Positions 1 to 6,230 of a stretch of DNA of 41,914 nt are shown piece by piece. The DNA comes from a bacterium (GTDB lineage: Bacteria; Patescibacteriota; Minisyncoccia; JBDRLZ01), in the NCBI GenBank assembly GCA_043812555.1, contig JBDRLZ010000010.1, positions 1 to 41,914 of the forward strand, given 5' to 3'. Both the position numbers and the translations under genes were made by a program. The stretch's first letter is position 1. Every line of letters begins with the position of its first letter. The notes below the pieces were generated by a model. That model was not told where the DNA came from. It did no database searches and saw only the letters and a program-made list of their open reading frames with translations.

Positions 1-1
1 T

Positions 2-208
2 AAAAAATTCTCAAGAGGCCGCGGCGGCAAAAGATTAAATGTCAATTCCACTGGCTTAGGCCTTTATATTGCCAAGAATATTGTTGAACTGCATAATGGA
101 AGCATTGATGTTTATTCAGAAGGCAAAGACAAAGGCTCTGTATTTACAATTAGCTTGCCGCTAATATTAAAAGAACAAAAATATGAAAAAAAAAGTACTT
201 CTGGTTGA
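2..208 (+). CDS. sensor histidine kinase, C-terminal fragment (HATPase_c); the gene runs off the 5' edge of the window
   Basis: Frame 2 is open from the window edge to TGA at 206-208. It reads KKFSRGRGGKRLNVNSTGLGLYIAKNIVELHNGSIDVYSEGKDKGSVFTISLPL, the G-box region of a kinase ATPase domain. It closely parallels the C-terminus of the complete kinase at 37368-39560. It overlaps the next gene by 26 nt. Confidence 0.75.
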   Translation, partial: KKFSRGRGGKRLNVNSTGLGLYIAKNIVELHNGSIDVYSEGKDKGSVFTISLPLILKEQKYEKKSTSG

Positions 209-569
209 AGATGAATTAATCTTAACCAAAACCTATAAGCTGGCGTTTGAGCAAGCTGGCTATGATGTCATAATTATTGAAAAAGCCGAGATGGCGCTTA
301 AAACTGCTCAACGCGAAAAACCAAATTTAATTGTTTTAGATTTGGTTTTTTATAATTCCCACGGCCAGCTTTCCAAAGAGCCTGGATTTACTGCTTTAAC
401 AGCTTTGAAAAAAAATACAGAAACCAAAGACATCCCAGTTGTGATTTTTACTAATCTTTCGGAAAACGATAGAAACAGAGCAATAGCTCTTGGCGCTCAA
501 GATTATATTACTAAGCTTGAGGCTGTGCCAAAAGAGGTTGTGCACAATGTTGAAAAATTTATTAAATAG
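183..569 (+). CDS. response regulator, receiver (CheY-like) domain only
   Basis: 128 aa. Has the N-terminal acidic pair (LLVEDE), a phospho-acceptor context (LIVLDLVF) and a conserved downstream Lys region. There is no output domain. It follows a kinase gene. Confidence 0.85.
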   Translation: MKKKVLLVEDELILTKTYKLAFEQAGYDVIIIEKAEMALKTAQREKPNLIVLDLVFYNSHGQLSKEPGFTALTALKKNTETKDIPVVIFTNLSENDRNRAIALGAQDYITKLEAVPKEVVHNVEKFIK

Positions 570-584
570 AGTTATTGTACTTTT

Positions 585-1751
585 ATGGACAAAATCAAAG
601 AGCTTTTGTTTCGCGGGGTTGAAGATATAATTGTCCGCACTAATTTGGAAAAAAAATTAAAAGCCGGCGCAAAACTGCGGGTTTATTATGGCATTGACCC
701 AACAAGCCCTCAATTGCACTTAGGCCATTCTGTTGTTTTATGGAAATTGCGCCAGTTCCAGGAATTAGGCCATGAAATAATCTTATTAATCGGTGATTTT
801 ACCGCCCGCATTGGCGATCCAACCGACAGAAACGCTATTCGTAAACCACTTACAGAATCAGAGATTAATAAAAATATGCAAGGGTATCAAAAACAAGCCG
901 GCAAAATTTTGGATATTAATAAAGTAAAAATTAAATACAACAGCCAGTGGCTTTCTGGATTAAACTTTGGGGACATAATCAAAATCGCTTCTTGCTTTAC
1001 TGTTCAGCAAATGCTTGACAGGGACATGTTTCAGAAAAGAATAAAAGAAGACAAGCCGATTGGTTTGCATGAATTTCTTTATCCTTTGATGCAAGGTTAT
1101 GATTCAGCAGCTATGAATGTTGATTTGGAAATTGGCGGCAGTGACCAGCTTTTTAATATGCTGGCCGGCCGACGGCTGCAAAAAATTTATAATAAAAAAG
1201 AAAAAAATGTTTTAACAATAAAGCTATTGCCCGGACTTGACGGCAAAAAAATGAGCAAAACTTTTGATAATTTTATTGCTTTGGATATAGAACCAAACAA
1301 TATGTTCGGCAAAATTATGTCAATGCATGATGAGATTATGCCGGATTATTTTGAGCTAGCTACTCGTTTGCCCCAAGAAGAAATTAAAAAAATCTTGCGG
1401 CAAAAACCAAGAGACGCAAAAGCTAGATTAGCTTTTGAGATAGTTAAATTATATCATTGCGAAAAATCAGCAAAAAAAGCAGAAAAAGAATTTAAAAAAA
1501 TTTTCAAAGAAAAAAAAGCGCCAAGCAAAATGCCTGAAATTAAGTTATCAGTTGTCAGTTATCAGTTATCAGGCTTGTTAGTTAAAACAAAATTAGCTTC
1601 TAGTAAATCAGAAGCTAAAAGACTAATCAAGCAAGGCGCAGTTAAAATTGATAATCAAGTTCTTAAAGACCCAAATCAAAAAATTAAAATTAAAAATAAT
1701 CTAATTATCCAAAAAGGCAAGCTGGGATTTGCAAAAATTAAAGTGGGCTAA
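585..1751 (+). CDS. tyrS: tyrosine--tRNA ligase
   Basis: Class I aaRS signatures HLGH and KMSKT. TyrRS-type N-terminus (YYGIDPTSPQLHLGH). C-terminal S4-like RNA-binding domain (EAKRLIKQGAVKIDN). Confidence 0.93.
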   Translation: MDKIKELLFRGVEDIIVRTNLEKKLKAGAKLRVYYGIDPTSPQLHLGHSVVLWKLRQFQELGHEIILLIGDFTARIGDPTDRNAIRKPLTESEINKNMQGYQKQAGKILDINKVKIKYNSQWLSGLNFGDIIKIASCFTVQQMLDRDMFQKRIKEDKPIGLHEFLYPLMQGYDSAAMNVDLEIGGSDQLFNMLAGRRLQKIYNKKEKNVLTIKLLPGLDGKKMSKTFDNFIALDIEPNNMFGKIMSMHDEIMPDYFELATRLPQEEIKKILRQKPRDAKARLAFEIVKLYHCEKSAKKAEKEFKKIFKEKKAPSKMPEIKLSVVSYQLSGLLVKTKLASSKSEAKRLIKQGAVKIDNQVLKDPNQKIKIKNNLIIQKGKLGFAKIKVG

Positions 1752-1815
1752 GAGGGATTCGAACCCCCGACCGTCCGGATATAAGCCGGATGCTCTGCCA
1801 CTGAGCTATTAGCCC
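1744..1815 (-). tRNA. tRNA-Ile, anticodon UAU (reads AUA)
   Basis: The reverse complement folds as a cloverleaf: GGGCTAA/TA/GCTC-AGTGGCA-GAGC/A/TCCGG-CTTATAT-CCGGA/CGGTC/GGGGG-TTCGAAT-CCCTC/TTAGCCC/A. The anticodon loop CT-TAT-AT gives anticodon TAT. No CCA is encoded. The 3' end overlaps the tyrS stop by 8 nt on the opposite strand. Confidence 0.85.
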
Positions 1816-1820
1816 TCTTG

Positions 1821-1894
1821 TGGGCGCTGGAGGACTCGAACCTCCGACCTCCGCGATGTCAACGCGATGCTCTAACCAGCTGAGCTAAACGCCC
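1821..1894 (-). tRNA. tRNA-Val, anticodon GAC
   Basis: Reverse complement: GGGCGTT/TA/GCTC-AGCTGGTTA-GAGC/A/TCGCG-TTGACAT-CGCGG/AGGTC/GGAGG-TTCGAGT-CCTCC/AGCGCCC/A. This is a canonical cloverleaf with a TTCGAGT T-loop. Confidence 0.9.
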
Positions 1895-1988
1895 GATAAT
1901 TTTTTAATGTTTTTAACAGGTGCTTTCTGCCCCAACCACTTTTAAGCTTTGTAATACATATGTGTAATACATAGAAATAAGAGCTCTT

Positions 1989-2095
1989 CACCCGCCATAA
2001 TTTGGGTGAAAGTATAGTAAACAATAAACAATATATCAAATAATAAACTTTTAGAATGGCTTTCTCAATACATCGACCCAAATTGCGGCGGGTAA
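1989..2095. repeat. 18-nt imperfect inverted repeat pair enclosing a ~65-nt AT-rich core (possible structured RNA or MITE-like remnant)
   Basis: ACCCGCCATAATTTGGGT (about 1990-2007) is nearly complementary to ACCCAAATTGCGGCGGGT (about 2075-2092), with 16 Watson-Crick pairs, one wobble and one mismatch. Each arm can also fold locally (CACCC...GGGTG). Confidence 0.4.
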
Positions 2096-2135
2096 ACGCC
2101 CTGAAATAATATAAAATTATAGCGCAAAAAACTGA

Positions 2136-3098
2136 TTATTGCAAGCCGGAATCCAGTCTGATCATATATAAATAACCAGTTGCTTTATCAGTAAAATATA
2201 ATTTATTTTCAAAAACTAATAAATTCTGCGCGTCAAAAGAGGTTTTAATAATCTCTTTTTTGTTTTTTATGTCCCAAAAAGCATCTTGAGTAATAATAAG
2301 ATTTTTATAATAATCATCAGGCATCAGAATATTTTTATCTAAATTTTGCGGCACAGCGCAATAATCTCCAGCGCATTTATCAGCGATTGTATTATGCGGC
2401 TCAAGTCCGATTGAATAATTGTCAGGCGACTTGAAAATTAAGCCGTAATAAGGACCAATAATTTTTTTAAACGGGTCAATTTGATAAACAATGCCTGGCG
2501 CTTTAATGCTTGGTTTTTGATAAATATAAATATTTTGATTAGCGCAGACTAATTTCAGGTCTCGCATTGCAGTTTGAAAAGCAATTTCTTGTTTTTCGCC
2601 TTCGCCGCTAATTTGGCAGACGCCGAAAGAGCAAAGATAAAATATTTTATTTTTGCAAAAAATCGGTTCTTCAAAATCAACTAAAACAACTTGATTAGTT
2701 TCAAAGTCATAAAAATATTGTTTTTCTTGGGTTTGAATTATTGCTTTTGCGCCTGCTTCTTCCCAAATAACACTTTTTAAGCCAGCAATATCACTGCTGA
2801 TTATTTCCCGTTCTCTGGTGCCGTCTAATGCCATTTCAAAAATATGGCCATTAAGCTTATCAAAATATTTAAGCTTTTGATCAGCAATGGTTAGGCCAAT
2901 AATCGGCCTGGTTGTTAATTGCTGGATCTTTTGCAACTGGGTTGTGTTAATAACAGAACTTGTTATTGGTATTTTTTTTATTGGCGATTCTGTTATTGGC
3001 TTGTCGCTTTTCATGCTTTGCCAAATATTGTAAAGCAAAAACGCTAAAACAAGCACTAAAATAGATATTATTATAATTAGGATTTTTTTTAAATTCAT
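2136..3098 (-). CDS. hypothetical membrane-anchored extracytoplasmic protein
   Basis: 320-aa ORF with a single N-terminal TM helix (ILIIIISILVLVLAFLLYNIW). No catalytic motif recognised. Overlaps the upstream gene by 4 nt. Confidence 0.6.
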   Translation of the reverse strand: MNLKKILIIIISILVLVLAFLLYNIWQSMKSDKPITESPIKKIPITSSVINTTQLQKIQQLTTRPIIGLTIADQKLKYFDKLNGHIFEMALDGTREREIISSDIAGLKSVIWEEAGAKAIIQTQEKQYFYDFETNQVVLVDFEEPIFCKNKIFYLCSFGVCQISGEGEKQEIAFQTAMRDLKLVCANQNIYIYQKPSIKAPGIVYQIDPFKKIIGPYYGLIFKSPDNYSIGLEPHNTIADKCAGDYCAVPQNLDKNILMPDDYYKNLIITQDAFWDIKNKKEIIKTSFDAQNLLVFENKLYFTDKATGYLYMIRLDSGLQ

Positions 3099-3430
3099 GA
3101 TTTGATAAATGGTTCTAAGCCTTCTTTGGTTAATAATCTTCTGATATCAGAATGCGTGATTAAACCGTAAGAAGGCTTATGGCTAAAGCCAATATATTCA
3201 ACTTGTTTATTTTTTGCGCGAACTTTTGCAATGGCTGGAATGAGATCTGTATCTGAAGTTACCAATATCAGTCTATCATATAAATCCTCGTAAGCGCCAA
3301 TCAACATATCAACAGCTATTAAAACATCAACGCCTTTTTCATGATATTTGTCTGTTTTCAACATGTGCCCAAGTTCGATTTTAAAACCCTGCTTTTGCAG
3401 ATTGCTTAAAAGCTTTTGCTGGTTAGCCAT
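3095..3430 (-). CDS. NYN/LabA-like domain protein, N-terminally truncated (possible gene remnant)
   Basis: GVDVLIAVDM...LILVTSDTDLIPAI...VEYIGF aligns with the C-terminal two thirds of the full-length NYN protein at 23170-23673. The N-terminal catalytic-Asp region is absent. I moved the start to ATG 3430 because the GTG at 3448 lies inside a terminator stem. Confidence 0.55.
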   Translation of the reverse strand: MANQQKLLSNLQKQGFKIELGHMLKTDKYHEKGVDVLIAVDMLIGAYEDLYDRLILVTSDTDLIPAIAKVRAKNKQVEYIGFSHKPSYGLITHSDIRRLLTKEGLEPFIKS

Positions 3431-3470
3431 AAAAATTAAACCCCGCACCTACCGAAGTAAGCGCGGGGGG
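3431..3470 (-). terminator. rho-independent terminator (12-bp stem, UUCG tetraloop, U-tract)
   Basis: The minus strand reads CCCCGCGCTTAC-TTCG-GTAGGTGCGGGG followed by TTTAATTTTT. It lies ~90 nt downstream of the pilin gene stop. Confidence 0.75.
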
Positions 3471-3484
3471 AGTTAATTAAAATA

Positions 3485-3529
3485 ATTATAGCAAAAAGAG
3501 TTTTTTTGTCAAGAGTTTGTTGTGGATAA
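3485..3529 (-). promoter_or_regulatory. sigma70-type promoter (TTGACA-16-TATAAT) with a TTATCCACA DnaA-box-like 9-mer 8 nt upstream of the -35
   Basis: Minus strand: TTATCCACA (3529-3521), TTGACA (3512-3507), TATAAT (3490-3485). Confidence 0.6.
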
Positions 3530-3558
3530 ATTTTTGAGATTTTTTTGAGAGACATGAT

Positions 3559-5103
3559 TTATTTTTTTTGTGTTTTTTCACAACAAGTAGCTGGCAGTGG
3601 ATTGGTTCCCCAATCTGTATAAAACTTAATAAAGCTCGCTGGCCCGAGTTGTAGATCACGACATGGTTTATCGCCGCCTGTTGCTTGCTTCCATTCGAAA
3701 ACTTTTTTTTGGCTTTCGTTAAGATATAAATTTAACATATTACATGCTGCGCTCTCGCCAGTTGTTTGCTCATTGCGGCAACAAACAATCTGTTGTTTAC
3801 AACAATCTATATCGGAAATAGCAGGATTGCCTTGTATTTGCTGGCATATGGTCTTATCATCTTCTTTTTTCCAGTCTTTCCCATAAGAGTTTTCGCAAGT
3901 TGCGGCGATACCCTCAACGGCTTCAGCCCATTGGTATTCAGCGCATTGTTTTTTAGCATCACACTTTACAGAAGCATCTTTTGTTGGAGCATTTGGCCAT
4001 CGCATTTGGCAAACTTCTTCCCAAAAGCCAGAAGGCTGTTTCCACTTACCAGGTTTAGTTATATTGTTGCAGCCGCTTGTGTCAGACCAGATATAATCTT
4101 GTAAAACAATGGCGTATTTTCCATCAGGACTATATTCAAAAATAGGTTCTTCGGTTGGCGTTTCTCCTGGTATTTCTCCAGGAAGACTATCGTCTTCAGT
4201 GGTGCATCTTTTGTTTTTCGTGTCACAATGTAGTTTTTTTTCTAGAGGCACATCTGCTTCGCTGTTTTTACATTCTTCGTTTCTTTCGCATGGCTGCCAA
4301 TAATCGCTTCGTACATGACATCTTGCGTCAAAAGAACTATGGCAAACAACTTCCGGAGCATCGTAACAAATATCTGTGCTTATGTTTTCACACTTTTCTC
4401 CATACAAAACCCTCCCATCAAGCGCCCTGTTTGGATTTTTTGGGTCTGGCTTTACAGCTTCGCAGATTTTCGTTGGTATACACGGCGTTTTATCTGTTGT
4501 GTTTGGATCATTGTAGCATTGGCTTTCTGCTGTTTCGCACGAAGCCTGATCTAGATAATTATTTACTTTATTTGCAGGACAAATAAATTTGTCAACGCAT
4601 TCACGGCTATGATAACAATCTAATTTTGTTGCACATATTCCGCCATCCAGCACATCATGCGCCTCATCGCCTGCTTTTGGCTCTTCTGGTAAAAAATCTT
4701 CCCAATTAAAATCACTTGAACTTAATGGCTCAAACCCCGGCAAATGGAGCGTGACTAAGTCTGGATTAATTGTATTTAAAATTAAATAGGAGCAGAGGGC
4801 TAGAACTAGGCCTAATATTGCGTTTTGGATACGGTTTTTGGCTTGGCCAGCCATTGCTTCACTGCCAGCCGCAGTAATATATTGAAACCCGCCAATCATA
4901 ATCATTAACAAAGCCAAAATCCCAGCCGCAGCAATAGCAAAAGTAAAAGCCCATTCAAGAAAACTAACCAATTGTTCTCCAGCGCCAACATTTTCATCGT
5001 ATTTCGGCATATTAAGGCTAAAATCAGCGGCAAAAACAGTCGCGAAGCTTAAAGCTAAAAACGCAAGTCCTAAAACAATAGTTATGAATTTAAAATATTT
5101 CAT
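3559..5103 (-). CDS. T4SS pilin-like (TrbC/VirB2-type, CPR T4SS_pilin family) protein fused to a ~390-aa cysteine-rich C-terminal domain
   Basis: Signal peptide (MKYFKFITIVLGLAFLALSFATVFA). Then the two-helix pilin core LVSFLEWAFTFAIAAAGILALLMIMIGGFQYITAAGSEAMAGQAKNRIQNAILGLVLALCSYLIL. Then a long hydrophilic domain with roughly 30 Cys, including CC pairs. Confidence 0.75.
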   Translation of the reverse strand: MKYFKFITIVLGLAFLALSFATVFAADFSLNMPKYDENVGAGEQLVSFLEWAFTFAIAAAGILALLMIMIGGFQYITAAGSEAMAGQAKNRIQNAILGLVLALCSYLILNTINPDLVTLHLPGFEPLSSSDFNWEDFLPEEPKAGDEAHDVLDGGICATKLDCYHSRECVDKFICPANKVNNYLDQASCETAESQCYNDPNTTDKTPCIPTKICEAVKPDPKNPNRALDGRVLYGEKCENISTDICYDAPEVVCHSSFDARCHVRSDYWQPCERNEECKNSEADVPLEKKLHCDTKNKRCTTEDDSLPGEIPGETPTEEPIFEYSPDGKYAIVLQDYIWSDTSGCNNITKPGKWKQPSGFWEEVCQMRWPNAPTKDASVKCDAKKQCAEYQWAEAVEGIAATCENSYGKDWKKEDDKTICQQIQGNPAISDIDCCKQQIVCCRNEQTTGESAACNMLNLYLNESQKKVFEWKQATGGDKPCRDLQLGPASFIKFYTDWGTNPLPATCCEKTQKK

Positions 5104-5109
5104 GAGTAA

Positions 5110-5163
5110 ATTTCTAATTTCTAATTTTCAATTACTTAATTAGAAATTAAGAATTGAAAATTA
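5110..5163. repeat. AT-rich palindromic repeat, copy 1 (near-perfect hairpin)
   Basis: AATTTCTAATTTCTAATTTTCAATT motif. TAATTTTCAATT (5122-5133) pairs with AATTGAAAATTA (5152-5163). An inner stem pairs CTTAATT with AATTAAG around a 3-nt loop. It sits between the stop of 5161-5784 and the pilin start. Confidence 0.65.
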
Positions 5164-5784
5164 TTTTATTTGGATTGCTACTCTCTCCTGCGCTCTTTCT
5201 AATAAATTATTCGGATTTCTAATCAAAATATCCAATTTATTTGTCCCAGATCCAGAGCCAGACGCAACATCAAGAGTAAAAATATCTGCATTATTATTTT
5301 TAATTTCTTCGTTATTCACAAACCACTGATATTTTAAATTAGAGCTGGTGAAAAAATAGGGGATTGCTTGAAAACTTTTTGTCTGGCCTGGTTTTAAAAT
5401 ATATTCGCGCGAACCAAGATGAACTTTCGGCTCTTGGACTTTAATGCTTGTTGAAGCATAAGAGTCGCCAACTTTGACTCTAATATTATGCTCATAACCA
5501 GGCCATTCTGTAACAACAAAACTAAAGCTGTCTCTGTTTAATCCAGAACTATATTTAATATAATTTCTGTCTAAATACCAATCGTAAATTAGATTTTTTT
5601 GGTTTGTTATTGCAGAAACAGTCAGAGTAGAGCCTCTGACTGGCAATGCCCGGCCTTTGTACCAGTCTGGAACAAGAGTAGAAGAGTGCCAATTTAAGTC
5701 TATTCCTAGCTCTTCTGCTTGAACAGGCACAAGAAACAAGAAACAAATTCCAAGAAACAAGCAAGTTGTAATTATTTTTTTCAT
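5161..5784 (-). CDS. hypothetical secreted protein
   Basis: Signal peptide MKKIITTCLFLGICFLFLVPVQA. The sequence is beta-rich. Part of the T4SS-like operon with a 4-nt overlap to the upstream gene. Confidence 0.6.
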   Translation of the reverse strand: MKKIITTCLFLGICFLFLVPVQAEELGIDLNWHSSTLVPDWYKGRALPVRGSTLTVSAITNQKNLIYDWYLDRNYIKYSSGLNRDSFSFVVTEWPGYEHNIRVKVGDSYASTSIKVQEPKVHLGSREYILKPGQTKSFQAIPYFFTSSNLKYQWFVNNEEIKNNNADIFTLDVASGSGSGTNKLDILIRNPNNLLERAQERVAIQIK

Positions 5785-6230
5785 ATTTTTACGGGATTTT
5801 TTAACATTGCTTTTTGCATAGCGTAAAAAACAAAAGTGCTGATTGTTAATTTTGGAATTGCATCGCCGATAATCGGAATCCAGCCGAACAGCGTTGTCAC
5901 AATTTTATTAACTGCCAAATTCTTTATTAATTTTTGCTTTTTATCAACACTAATGCCGCTTGAACTGCAATAGCTATACCAAACAAAATGCACAATATTA
6001 ATACCTGCTTCTGTCGCGTTCCAAATTGTTCCGCTAATTGCAACCCATACTCCAGCTGTAAGCAAAATCATTATGACATTAAACCAGCCAACAAGATCGC
6101 CAGGAATACTTGTAATCAGCATAAACCACGGAAACTTAACTTCTTCTTTTTGCTCTGTATCTTCAGGTAAATTTTTCTTTGCTTTTTCCCGCAGTTCTTT
6201 TAATCTATTTTTCCAGCTAACTTCACTCAT
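5781..6230 (-). CDS. hypothetical integral membrane protein
   Basis: 149 aa. A charged N-terminus is followed by 3-4 predicted TM segments. Overlaps the VirB4 gene by 8 nt. Confidence 0.6.
   Translation of the reverse strand: MSEVSWKNRLKELREKAKKNLPEDTEQKEEVKFPWFMLITSIPGDLVGWFNVIMILLTAGVWVAISGTIWNATEAGINIVHFVWYSYCSSSGISVDKKQKLIKNLAVNKIVTTLFGWIPIIGDAIPKLTISTFVFYAMQKAMLKNPVKI

Noticed and set aside
1872-2081. 69-aa minus-strand ORF
   Set aside because: Its 3' end overlaps tRNA-Val on the same strand. The rest covers a non-coding inverted-repeat region. There is no SD and the composition is not protein-like.
3766-4586. Four plus-strand ORFs (3766-4104, 4109-4303, 4155-4586, 4315-4554) inside the pilin/Cys-rich gene
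   Set aside because: They overlap one another and lie antisense to a 514-aa ORF with clear signal peptide and pilin motifs. Their products are low-complexity Phe/Leu/Cys-rich strings typical of shadow frames. No SD or promoter is visible.
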